From assembly GCA_050633305.1 (NCBI GenBank), contig JBOEGF010000004.1, forward strand, positions 224,001 to 288,000: a stretch of 64,000 bases of DNA. The letters are read 5' to 3'. The translations under genes were made by a program, and so were the position numbers. The notes beneath the pieces were generated by a model. The model did not search any database. It saw only the letters and a program-made list of their open reading frames with translations, and was not told the origin of the DNA. The stretch is from Nannocystales bacterium. GTDB taxonomy: Bacteria > Myxococcota_A > Polyangia > Nannocystales > Nannocystaceae. Shown here piece after piece: positions 1 to 9,041 of the stretch; the first letter of the stretch is position 1; each line of letters begins with the position of its first letter.

Positions 1-44
1 TCGCGGTCGCCCGTCGGATTCGCGGCGAAGGCTGAGACGCAGCG

Positions 45-1349
45 CTACTCGGCTTTGTCGAGGCCTTCGGCGAACGCTTCGGCCTCGACGAAGGTCTTGA
101 AGTGCGCCGAGGCGGCGGGCATGGCCTGTCCAGCACGCAGCGTCTCGAAGGCGTCCGAGAGCTTGCTGTCGGTGCCGTACAGCAGCACGGAGGGGAGGGT
201 GCCGCTGTCGAAGGCATCCTTCATTTTGTCCTGATCGGCGGAAGGATCGGTGACGTCGATTTTGATCAGGTGGAATTCTTTGGCGAGGCGAGGCTCGACG
301 TCCGCGTGGTGGAACGTCTGCACCTCCATCTCCTGGCATGGAACGCACCACGTCGCGGCAAAGTCGATGAGGATCGGCTTACCGTCGGCTTCAGCTTGCT
401 CGATCGATGCGGTCAGCTCATCGAGCGTCGCCACCTCGTTCCACTCCATCGGGGGGACGTACAGCACGTTGTTGAGGCTGACGATGCCCCCGAGCGCTGC
501 AACACCGACCGCGACAGCCTTGCGCGCAGCCTCAGCTTTTCCGGACTTGAAGCTCAGGTGGACAGCGCCGGCCGCAATGCCGGCCGCGACCAGGCCCATG
601 CCGGCCCACAGACCCCAGCTGGGATCGAGCGTGAAGTCGGCCAGGGCCTTGTGAACCGGGCGCAAGAACCATGCGGCCATCACCAGCATCGCCACCCCGA
701 AGAAGCTCTTCACGTGCTCCATCCACGCGCCAGGGCGGAAGAGGCTCGCCCCGAGGGCCACGGCGAAGAACAAGGTGCCCATACCCAGCGCGTACGCGAA
801 CAAGAGCGAGCCTCCGTAGACGACGCCGCCCCCGTCGGCCGACGACGTTGCGATGAAGGCCAGCAGCGAGAGCAGGACTGGGCCGGTGCACGGCGCCGAG
901 ATCAGACCTGAGACGAGCCCCATGAGAAACGCGCCGAGCGGGCCGGTCCCGCCGACCGCGTTGAGTTTGTTCTGCAGAGTCGTGGGGAGCTGGATGTCGA
1001 AGGCCCCGAACATCGACGCGGCAAGCGCCAGAAGCATGAAGACGATCGGATAGACCACCCAGGGGTTGCCGAGCCACGCGCCGAACGCCGCGCCGGAGAG
1101 TGCGACGGCGACCCCGAGCGAGGTGTACAGGACCGCCATGCCGAGCACGTAGGCGGTGGCGAGAAACAGCGCCCGGCCGCGGGAAACCCCTTTGGCGCCG
1201 AAGACAGCCACGGTGATGGGGATCAGCGGGTAGACGCAAGGGGTGAGGTCGACCAGGACGCCCTGACCGAAGGCCCACGCGTACGTGGCGAGACCTCCGC
1301 CGCCGATGTCTGGAGCAGCGAATGCGAGGAGCGAGTTCGGATCAGCCAT
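45..1349 (-). CDS. dsbD: DsbD/CcdA-family transmembrane disulfide reductase with C-terminal thioredoxin domain (no N-terminal alpha domain)
   Basis: LTPCVYPLIP and SAPCTGP cysteine motifs in a multi-TM region; thioredoxin motif DFAATWCVPC; GAGGGAG RBS-like sequence upstream. Confidence 0.85.
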   Translation of the reverse strand: MADPNSLLAFAAPDIGGGGLATYAWAFGQGVLVDLTPCVYPLIPITVAVFGAKGVSRGRALFLATAYVLGMAVLYTSLGVAVALSGAAFGAWLGNPWVVYPIVFMLLALAASMFGAFDIQLPTTLQNKLNAVGGTGPLGAFLMGLVSGLISAPCTGPVLLSLLAFIATSSADGGGVVYGGSLLFAYALGMGTLFFAVALGASLFRPGAWMEHVKSFFGVAMLVMAAWFLRPVHKALADFTLDPSWGLWAGMGLVAAGIAAGAVHLSFKSGKAEAARKAVAVGVAALGGIVSLNNVLYVPPMEWNEVATLDELTASIEQAEADGKPILIDFAATWCVPCQEMEVQTFHHADVEPRLAKEFHLIKIDVTDPSADQDKMKDAFDSGTLPSVLLYGTDSKLSDAFETLRAGQAMPAASAHFKTFVEAEAFAEGLDKAE

Positions 1350-1432
1350 GGCTCGTGCTCCCTCAACGTGTCGAGGGCGGGAAACGTTATGCCACGGGGC
1401 GCGCGTTCAAGTCGGCGCAAAGAGCGCCCGTG

Positions 1433-3187
1433 TCAGGGAGGCGCCTCACCCAGACAGAAGCCGTCCTCTTGAATCTCCCGGAGTTCGGCACCGGACAAAG
1501 CGGCGCAACATGTCTCGTCCCGGGCCTGGACAATGAGCTCGAACAGCAGAGACAGCGGCAGCCCGTAGCAACATGCGGCCTGCTCGTCCTCACCGCAGGT
1601 GGGCGCGCTGAGGCAGTCCCCCGAACGCGGATCGAGGCATTGCAGACGCACACCCGGGTTGGGGTCGGTGTAGTCGAGGACCGAGACGGTGTCCTCGAGC
1701 ACGGAGGCCCCGATCAGCCCGTCAGGTTGCAGGGCCTCCGGCGCGACGTCGCGCCGCAGTGCGAGGACCATGGGGTGCGTCTCCGGCACGATGAGCGTGT
1801 CGAGCCAGCGATCGGGGTTCGGCGCGCTCTGACCTTCGTCGAATCGTGTTTCCCCGACCACGGCCAACGCGGTGTTCGAGTTCGCGGCGGCATGCGGGGT
1901 GGCGGTGTCTTCGATGTTGCCCCGGGCCGTGAAGTCCTCGACGAAGGTCTCGCACTGCTGCAACAAGGCGGCGCTCCGCAGCTGAGCCCGCACGCATGGG
2001 CCCGCACCCCGAGTTCGCGTGAGTCCCGGGAGCATCGCGACCGAGCGAATCGAGAGTCGGATCAAGGGCGACTCGTCGCCAGTCGGCGCGGATGGCCACC
2101 CGGGGATCGAGAGCGACCCGTCGAGCCCTCGCAGGCAGGCGCCGGTTTCGGCCTCGACCGCGGCGCAGTCGGGCAGGTCTTCGAGGGGTCCAAACATGCG
2201 TCGCGCGGAGTCGTTGAACAGCACAAACCCCGGCACGCCGGTCGCCATCACCAGCGTCGCCTGTTTGCCGCCGCCATCCGGATCGTCCGCGGAGATACAG
2301 GCCCCTGCGGTCGCATCGAGGTCAGGACCTGTGGACGCGAAACACGAGCCTGGCTTGAATGGGTCGAGGTCGGTGAGGTCGTAGGACACGCCGCACGGGG
2401 GCATGGCGACGCAGGCGTCGAGCACCATGCGGCTGGCTTCGAGCGCGAGGTCTGGGTTGCCCTGGATATCGAACCCTCCGAGTTCGCAGTTGTCGCCCCC
2501 GATGTCGCAGCGGTCCGCGAGGTCGCGCCCGAGCAAGCGACCGGGGAACTGCACGGGCATGAACGCGAACCCCTCGTCCGCCAAGTCCCGATCCGTGCCG
2601 GGGAACTCTCCATACAGTGCCACTCGGGCCCCACCCAACGGTGGCCGTCGGAGTCGGACCGCGAATTGTCGCAGCAGGTTGCCCCCCAAGACCCCCGCGG
2701 GTTCGACGGTCACTTGCCCATCGCCGGCTTGCCAGGAGAACGCATCGCCCCCATCGGCGGGCGCCCGAACGACGGGAAGGTCCCGAAAACGGAACCGAGC
2801 CACGGCGTTGTCGAGCGCGTCTTCGGTCGGCGTGGATGCGGCCAGGCCTTGGGCCTCGCGAAGTTCGAGGCACTCCCGCCCAAAGGTGAGCTGAGGTTCG
2901 TTGTCGCCGCGCTTGAAGAAGGTGAGGGGGGACAGGCTGTCGATCAACACCAGATCGCACGGCCGGCCGTCATCGGGGTTGCAGCCCGCTCGGGCGGAGG
3001 AGCCTGGGCACCCCTCGTCGATGAATGCCATTCGGGGGAGCGGCGACGCGTCCCCGCTGGCCAGCGGCACGCCCCGACCGAACTCTCCATCGAAGCTCGT
3101 TGGCTCCGACGCGCAGCCTGCAGCGAGCACGAGCCACAGCGGCCACCCACGCGCACGCTCGCTGGTCTCGATGCCCCCAGGACGCAT
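1433..3187 (-). CDS. Cys-rich lipoprotein with two degenerate retropepsin-like (aspartyl protease fold) domains
   Basis: Lipobox LVLAAGC after ATG 3187; motif pairs LVLIDSLSP...GVLGGNLLRQF and LVMATGVP...DGLIGASVLEDTVSVLDY. Confidence 0.6.
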   Translation of the reverse strand: MRPGGIETSERARGWPLWLVLAAGCASEPTSFDGEFGRGVPLASGDASPLPRMAFIDEGCPGSSARAGCNPDDGRPCDLVLIDSLSPLTFFKRGDNEPQLTFGRECLELREAQGLAASTPTEDALDNAVARFRFRDLPVVRAPADGGDAFSWQAGDGQVTVEPAGVLGGNLLRQFAVRLRRPPLGGARVALYGEFPGTDRDLADEGFAFMPVQFPGRLLGRDLADRCDIGGDNCELGGFDIQGNPDLALEASRMVLDACVAMPPCGVSYDLTDLDPFKPGSCFASTGPDLDATAGACISADDPDGGGKQATLVMATGVPGFVLFNDSARRMFGPLEDLPDCAAVEAETGACLRGLDGSLSIPGWPSAPTGDESPLIRLSIRSVAMLPGLTRTRGAGPCVRAQLRSAALLQQCETFVEDFTARGNIEDTATPHAAANSNTALAVVGETRFDEGQSAPNPDRWLDTLIVPETHPMVLALRRDVAPEALQPDGLIGASVLEDTVSVLDYTDPNPGVRLQCLDPRSGDCLSAPTCGEDEQAACCYGLPLSLLFELIVQARDETCCAALSGAELREIQEDGFCLGEAPP

Positions 3188-3289
3188 ACGGGCAGAGTGT
3201 AGACCAACCAACGACAAGCGCCCCGAGGCTGTGGGCCAGGGGGGCGCAGTCTGTGCCCGTGTTGCGCCGCAGGAAGGCGGCGCAGTGGG

Positions 3290-3931
3290 TCAGTCGGCCT
3301 TGGCGACGTCGGCCAGCTTGGTCTGCAGGCGCGTGATCAGGCCATCAATGCCCTCGTCGCGGACGATCTTGCCGAACTCGTAGCGGTAGGTCTTCGAGAG
3401 GCTGACGCCGTCGGTGATGATGTTGCGGGCGACCCAACGGCCATCGACGTAGTGCATCACGTATGAGACTTCGAGGACTTGGGTCTCGCCGTCCTTGTCG
3501 AAGGTGACGCGGGTATCGACCTTGGCCTTGTCCTTGCGAACCTCCTCGCCGAGGTACTCGACCGTGCCGGTGTCGGCCTGGCGGATGCGCTTGAGGTAGT
3601 TCTCGCGGATGAGCTGGGCCAGGAGCGCCTCGTACTCCGCGCAGCGCGGCTCACACTTCTTGGCGTAGCGACGCTCGCCACCCAGTGCGGCGTGGGCGAT
3701 CCAGTCGTAGTCGAGGAGTCCATCGACCTCGGCCTTGAGTTTGTCGGCCGAGGCTTTCTCGTGGACCAGACCGACGACGGTCTGATGGGAGGCCTTGAAC
3801 GCTTCCAACGCGGACGGGGGCGCTTCGCTCGCGGCCGCGGCGGCTTGCGCCGTGCTCGCAGCGGTCCCGAACACGGAAAGTGACATGCAAAGCGCGAGCG
3901 TGAGGGGGGCGAGTCGAGTGCGGATCATCAT
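3290..3931 (-). CDS. MlaC/Ttg2D-family periplasmic lipid-binding protein
   Basis: Signal peptide; LLDYDWIAHAALG; C-terminal WVARNIITDGVSLSKTYRYEFGKIVRDEGIDGLI matches the MlaC pattern. Confidence 0.85.
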   Translation of the reverse strand: MMIRTRLAPLTLALCMSLSVFGTAASTAQAAAAASEAPPSALEAFKASHQTVVGLVHEKASADKLKAEVDGLLDYDWIAHAALGGERRYAKKCEPRCAEYEALLAQLIRENYLKRIRQADTGTVEYLGEEVRKDKAKVDTRVTFDKDGETQVLEVSYVMHYVDGRWVARNIITDGVSLSKTYRYEFGKIVRDEGIDGLITRLQTKLADVAKAD

Positions 3932-4083
3932 CGGTCAACCTCTCCGGGGGTGCCTGGTCAGACGGGCCCCACGCGTGCCGTATTCACGCGCGGACAAAGT
4001 ACCACAGTGGTGCTGATCACTGTGTAGGGGGTGGCAGACGGCGTTCTGCGGGTGATCCGCGCTACAGCGGCGTCGCGGATGGG

Positions 4084-5784
4084 TCACGGGACCGCCACGC
4101 CGGGTTCGCGGCCGATCTGGGTGCCAACGGCGCGGGAGAGGCGCGCAACGGCGTCGTTGTAGCTGTAAATCGCCTGCTCGTAGTCGAACCGACGCTTGTA
4201 CCACTTCTCCAAATTGCGCAGCAGGTCGCTCGCGTTGCCGCCGCCGACCGAGTCCTTCTGCTGGCCAGAGACCACCAGCCTCCAGCTGAGGTCCACGGCT
4301 TCCCCGTAGGTCTCGACGAGGTGCTTGGCCTGGATCAGATCTCCGTAGGCCTGCTGGACGTCGAGGCCGAGCAGCAGCGCAGCCGCTTCTTCCTGATGCA
4401 TCGCCGAGCGCGTGTTGGCGCGTGCGGTCTGCAGGTCGAACGTCTTGAAGTGGAAATCCCAGCGCCATCGCATCGCGAGCGCAGCCGAGAACCGCGTCCA
4501 GTTGAACGGGTCCTGGTAGTAGAGCTGCGTCATGTTGGAATCAACGGCGTTGGACCGGCCGATCCCCGTGCTCACCGCGATGCCGAGATCGGGCAGAAAG
4601 TTGGAGCGCGCGACTTTCTCTTGAAACTGGCGGGCCTTGACCGCGGCCGATGCCATCCGGGCTTCGGGGCGCCGGGCTGCGGCCATCTGCTTGTAGTCCT
4701 GCGGTCGCTGAAGCCCGTCGGGCAGCTCCATGCGCAGAAGCTTGCGGGCGCGAACATCAAACCCCGGCGGCGCAGCATCTCCGGCGAGTGCCCACAGAGC
4801 GGAGAGCGCGTAGGACTCGACGTTGAGCGCCTGCCGCATCAGCTGCTCGAGCTCGATCGAGGCGAGCTTCACCTTGATGAGGTCGTCCGGATCACGCAGC
4901 TCGTTGCCCTCTCCGGGTTCCGCGTCCCAGTCGTCGTCCCCGCCACCGAGGTCCTTCTCGACCCGTCGCTCGGCGGTGTCCACGATGCCCTTGGCCTCCC
5001 GAAGAATCTCGATGGTGTCCCGGGCGAGAAGCAGCGCCGCGTAGGCCTGCTGGACCCGCAGCACGGTCTCCTGCTCGACCTGGTCCTTCTTGAGCTCGCG
5101 CAGCGCCACGCCGACCTCGGCCAACTTCCGCGTGTTGCGAATCTTCCCGAAGGTCGTGATCGGGATGAGCATGTCGGCTCGGAACTCGAACCGCACGCCG
5201 GCGTCGGCGAGCTGCGAGAAGTAGCCGTCGATGGTGTTGACGTCGAAATTGTTGTCGTCGCGGGTTCGGCAGTACTGGAAGTCGAACCCTTCCATGCTGC
5301 CATCATCGAGGTTCACGTCATCACAGCGAATGTTCACCCCGGGGCTGAGCACCGCGTTGGTCTCGATGACCGGGATCCAGGCGAATTGGGCCTTGCGAAG
5401 CTGAGCCCGCATGGCGGTGACGTCTTCCTCCGCCGACTTCACCGCGGGGTTGTCGAGCGCGAACCGAACGATCTGGTCGAGGCTCAACCGGGAAGCATCC
5501 GAGGGGCGGGTGCCGTAGGGGTCGAGTCGGTCGTCGGCGATGGCGTCGAACGCACTGGAGAGCCCCGGCGGCTTCACGGGGACCTCGGACGGCGTCGGGG
5601 GCGTCGGGGTCGTCGGGGTCGCGGGAGCCTGGGCAGGAGCCGGACTCTCGGACACGGCTGGAGCCTGCTCGACGCTCGCCGGCTGCTCTGGCGTGGGGCC
5701 CGGCGCAGCCAAACCCACGGAGGGCATTCCCAGCAGGCTGACGCCCACAAGGGACACGGCTCTCAGTCGCGGCAGTCGCAGCAC
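4084..5784 (-). CDS. TolC-family outer-membrane efflux protein
   Basis: Signal peptide and Pro/Thr-rich linker; LSLDQIVRFALDNP, ARSNFLPDL and terminal YNDAVARLSRAVG, typical of OEP repeats. Confidence 0.85.
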   Translation of the reverse strand: MLRLPRLRAVSLVGVSLLGMPSVGLAAPGPTPEQPASVEQAPAVSESPAPAQAPATPTTPTPPTPSEVPVKPPGLSSAFDAIADDRLDPYGTRPSDASRLSLDQIVRFALDNPAVKSAEEDVTAMRAQLRKAQFAWIPVIETNAVLSPGVNIRCDDVNLDDGSMEGFDFQYCRTRDDNNFDVNTIDGYFSQLADAGVRFEFRADMLIPITTFGKIRNTRKLAEVGVALRELKKDQVEQETVLRVQQAYAALLLARDTIEILREAKGIVDTAERRVEKDLGGGDDDWDAEPGEGNELRDPDDLIKVKLASIELEQLMRQALNVESYALSALWALAGDAAPPGFDVRARKLLRMELPDGLQRPQDYKQMAAARRPEARMASAAVKARQFQEKVARSNFLPDLGIAVSTGIGRSNAVDSNMTQLYYQDPFNWTRFSAALAMRWRWDFHFKTFDLQTARANTRSAMHQEEAAALLLGLDVQQAYGDLIQAKHLVETYGEAVDLSWRLVVSGQQKDSVGGGNASDLLRNLEKWYKRRFDYEQAIYSYNDAVARLSRAVGTQIGREPGVAVP

Positions 5785-5885
5785 CCTGCATGCGTACCCT
5801 CACCGCGAATCCGGTGCAACAGCTCTGGATCACGCCCCCGTTGAGCCGCTTGCGTCGCGTGATCTGTGTTGCCAAGCTGCCGTTC

Positions 5886-6752
5886 GTGGCAGTCCTCGGC
5901 GCCTTGCTTCAAGACCTCTCCCATCAGCACCGAAGGGTTCTGCGCCTGCACGGCCCGGACACCCACCGGTTCCTTCAGGGCACGGTCTCCGCGGACGTCA
6001 GCAAGGCGGAGCGGGGGCGGGCCGTTCCCGCCGCCCTCCTCACGGTCAAGGCCAAGATCGTCTCGGAGCTGGTCGTCCTCGTACAGGACGACGAGACTGT
6101 GGATCTGGTCGTCCCCGCGGACACGTTCGAAGGGGTCGAGAGTCACCTCGACCGTCACATCATCATGGACGAGGTGACCGTGTCCCGCCGTGAAGACGTC
6201 GTCGTGGCCGCGGTGTGGGGGGAGGGGCTGGAGGAGCCGACCGGCGAGCTGCGGTGGTCGTGCACGCACCCCGTCCATGGTCAGCTGCTTGTGGGCACGG
6301 CCGACGTCGTCGCCGATGCCTTGTCCGCCGTGTCGGACGCGGACGACGACGCGTTTTCGTCCCACCGAGTCGAAGTCGGCGCACCGGGATGGGGCTTCGA
6401 GGTCACCGCCGACCGTTTCCCACCCGAGGTCGGTTTTGTCGGCGCGGTCAGCTACGACAAAGGGTGCTACCTCGGGCAAGAGCCCCTGGCCCGGATCCAC
6501 GCCCGTGGTCAGGTCAACCGGGTGATGGTGCGCGTTTCGATCGAGGGCGATGCCCAGGTCCCCGCGGCTCTTGCCCATGCGGACAGGCCCGAAGCTGGAA
6601 CGCTGACCACGGCCGCAGGCGACCAAGGGCTGGCCGTGATTCGGCGAAGCTTTGCGGAGGCTGGGCAGGCTCTGACCTCGCAGGGCGTGAGCTTGACCGT
6701 CCTGTCAGGCCCGCTGGGCGACGATCCGGGGATCGGTAGCCGCAAGTCTTGA
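5886..6752 (+). CDS. ygfZ: YgfZ/GcvT-family folate-binding protein (Fe-S cluster maintenance)
   Basis: GPDTHRFLQG near the N-terminus; signature KGCYLGQE; start approximate (in-frame GTG 5886). Confidence 0.85.
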   Translation: MAVLGALLQDLSHQHRRVLRLHGPDTHRFLQGTVSADVSKAERGRAVPAALLTVKAKIVSELVVLVQDDETVDLVVPADTFEGVESHLDRHIIMDEVTVSRREDVVVAAVWGEGLEEPTGELRWSCTHPVHGQLLVGTADVVADALSAVSDADDDAFSSHRVEVGAPGWGFEVTADRFPPEVGFVGAVSYDKGCYLGQEPLARIHARGQVNRVMVRVSIEGDAQVPAALAHADRPEAGTLTTAAGDQGLAVIRRSFAEAGQALTSQGVSLTVLSGPLGDDPGIGSRKS

Positions 6753-6759
6753 CGCCGGC

Positions 6760-8112
6760 TCAGGCCCGAGCGCGAACGGCCTTGGCCGCGTCGTGACCAC
6801 TTTGCACTGCGGACTCGATCGTCGCGGGAAGACCGGTGCGGACCCAGTCGCCCGCGAGATACAGCCCCCGGACCGGCGAGACTGTGCCGGGACGGTACTG
6901 GTACGTCCCCGCTGCGTGGGTGATCGTCGCCTTCTTCTCCTTGATGACCTTCGAGTCCAAGACCTCAAAGGTGCGAGAGGGGAAGAACCGTTGCATCTCG
7001 GCCTTGAACAGGTCGACCAACACATGCGGGCGGTCGTCGACCATGCCGCGGGCGCCGGAGATGGTGCAGTTGACGAGCACACGGCGAGGGTCGTCGAGCC
7101 CCTCGATGCGGCTGCGATCGAAGAGCCAGTGCAACGGCGAGGAGATCAGTCCCAAGAAGGGAACGTCGTCCCACAGCGCCCGGTCGAGCACGACCCAGAG
7201 GTTGACGATCGGGGAGTTGGTCAGCTTGCGGACGTCCGCGAACACCGGGTCGCGGAGCACGGCGTCGGGCAGCGAGGACAGCAACGGCTTGGGCGGGAGG
7301 GCGGAGATGACCGTGTCGGTCACGATACGTTCGCCGCTCCGCAACACGACAGCGCTGACCCCGTTCGAACCACACTCGATGCCCCGCAGCGGGGATGCTG
7401 TCCGCACCGAGACGCCCCGTTCCTGCAGGTACTGGACCGAGGGGTCCACATAGAGCTTGCTCAGCGGTAGCTTGGGCAGCCCGAAACTCGAGGCATCCCG
7501 GGTGCCGAGGAACGCTCGCTCGAGCACGGCCATCAACATGGCCGCGGAGGATACGAGGGGGTCATCGTTGAGCGTGGCCCACACCAGAGGCTCCCAGAAC
7601 GCGTTGCGAATCGGCTGCGTCTGCCCCAAGCGTCGCAGCCAGGCGTCGCACGTTTCGTTGTCGTCCGGGCGGTCGACCTCTCCGCGGAGCAGCAGCCCCG
7701 CACGAAGGGCCGAGGCCTTGTGAAGGAGGCCCATCCCGCGCATCCCCAACAGCCCGGCCCCGAGGTGCAACGGCGCGGGGAGGGCAGGGCACCGCATCGA
7801 GACGCGCTTGCCACCGGGGTGCACCATGTCGACAGACATGTTGCGTTGAAACTCGACGTTGTGGTCCTGGCCCAGCGTACGCAAGAACGCGAGCGTCTCG
7901 AAGTAGCAGCCCATCATCAGGTGCTGCCCATTGTCGAGTTCGTAGCCCGAACGGCCGTGATCGAACGAGCGCGAACGCCCGCCGCCGCTGGCGGTGGCTT
8001 CGAGCACGACGATGTCCCGCGCGGTGTTCTGAGAACTCAGTCGAACAGCAGCGGACAGGCCTGCAAGGCCTGCTCCCGCCACTACGATGGGACCCTTGCC
8101 CTGGGTGGTCAT
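6760..8112 (-). CDS. hpnE: Hydroxysqualene dehydroxylase HpnE (FAD-dependent)
   Basis: GAGLAGLSAA FAD motif; GGRSRS, DNGQHLMMG, LAGDW..TGLPATIESAVQSG; directly downstream of hpnCD; start ATG 8112. Confidence 0.9.
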   Translation of the reverse strand: MTTQGKGPIVVAGAGLAGLSAAVRLSSQNTARDIVVLEATASGGGRSRSFDHGRSGYELDNGQHLMMGCYFETLAFLRTLGQDHNVEFQRNMSVDMVHPGGKRVSMRCPALPAPLHLGAGLLGMRGMGLLHKASALRAGLLLRGEVDRPDDNETCDAWLRRLGQTQPIRNAFWEPLVWATLNDDPLVSSAAMLMAVLERAFLGTRDASSFGLPKLPLSKLYVDPSVQYLQERGVSVRTASPLRGIECGSNGVSAVVLRSGERIVTDTVISALPPKPLLSSLPDAVLRDPVFADVRKLTNSPIVNLWVVLDRALWDDVPFLGLISSPLHWLFDRSRIEGLDDPRRVLVNCTISGARGMVDDRPHVLVDLFKAEMQRFFPSRTFEVLDSKVIKEKKATITHAAGTYQYRPGTVSPVRGLYLAGDWVRTGLPATIESAVQSGHDAAKAVRARA

Positions 8113-8141
8113 CTGACTTTGTCGGGATCGAGGAGGTCGCC

Positions 8142-9038
8142 TCAGGCGACAACAGCAAGCGAGCTGCGGGCGATCGCCTTGGCGGCGACCTTGAGCTTGT
8201 CCCGGCGGCGCAGCGAGGTGCGCCGGGTGAAGACGTTGTAGTTGCGCTCCCGAATCTCCGCGAGAATCTTGTAGTAGGTGCGGCCCATGATCTCCGCGGG
8301 CAGCAGCGCGCGGGAGTTGGCCCCCCGAAGGGCTTCCCAAGCGCGCCGATACTCTCGTTCGGCCGCGTCCGCGAAGTCCTTGGCCATCGCGACAAATCGA
8401 CCGTCGTACCGACCCTCGATGAGGTCTTCGTCGGTCAGGCCATGTCGATGGAGCAGGCTCTGCGGAATGTAGACACGCCCTCGCTCCGCGTCTTCAGCGA
8501 TGTCGCGCAGAATGTTGGTGTACTGCAGTGCGAGCCCAAGGTGCTCGGCGTATTCGTGGGCGGCCTTGGAACGGTCGCCGAAGATCGCGATGCACAGGAA
8601 GCCGACGCAGGAAGCGACGCGGTAGCAGTACAGACGAAGGGCTTCGAGGTCCTCGTATCGGTCGGTGTGGAGGTCCATCTCCACGCCGGCGATGATCTCG
8701 TCGAAGGCCTCTCGGGGGTAGTCGAAGTGCTCGCGTGAGGCGGCCAGAGCTTTGCCGAGATCGGCCTGGGGCGCGACGTTCTCGACGTAGGGGTCGGCGA
8801 AGATTCGAGCGATCTCGGTGCTCCACTCGCGCAGGGCGACGCGGGCGCCCTCGGTGCCGGCCTCGCCTTCGGGACGCTCGTCGACAATGTCATCCACAAC
8901 GCGGCAGAACTCGTAGACGTGCGAGAGCGCGTCCCGCTGCTCGCGTCCAAGGAACAGGAACGCGAACTTGAAGTTGCTCGAGCTGCGGGTGGTCAGGCGC
9001 TTGAGAAACGCGGCGGGGATGGCTGCGAAAGACTGCAT
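8142..9038 (-). CDS. hpnD: Presqualene diphosphate synthase HpnD
   Basis: SSNFKFAF, FCRVVDDIVDE, YCYRVA and LALQYTNILRD phytoene/squalene synthase motifs; position in hpnCDE. Confidence 0.9.
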   Translation of the reverse strand: MQSFAAIPAAFLKRLTTRSSSNFKFAFLFLGREQRDALSHVYEFCRVVDDIVDERPEGEAGTEGARVALREWSTEIARIFADPYVENVAPQADLGKALAASREHFDYPREAFDEIIAGVEMDLHTDRYEDLEALRLYCYRVASCVGFLCIAIFGDRSKAAHEYAEHLGLALQYTNILRDIAEDAERGRVYIPQSLLHRHGLTDEDLIEGRYDGRFVAMAKDFADAAEREYRRAWEALRGANSRALLPAEIMGRTYYKILAEIRERNYNVFTRRTSLRRRDKLKVAAKAIARSSLAVVA

Positions 9039-9041
9039 GGC

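Noticed and set aside
1322..3202. Long antisense ORFs (this 626-aa one; also 4321-5844, 10509-12329, 16881-18656, 19783-21552, 22867-25149, 39660-41327, 50355-52619)
   Set aside because: Each shadows a motif-supported gene on the opposite strand and has no recognisable motif; long antisense frames are expected in high-GC DNA.
5591..5620. Short 9-bp-period repeat
   Set aside because: Explained by the Pro/Thr linker codons of TolC; not a CRISPR or mobile-element repeat.
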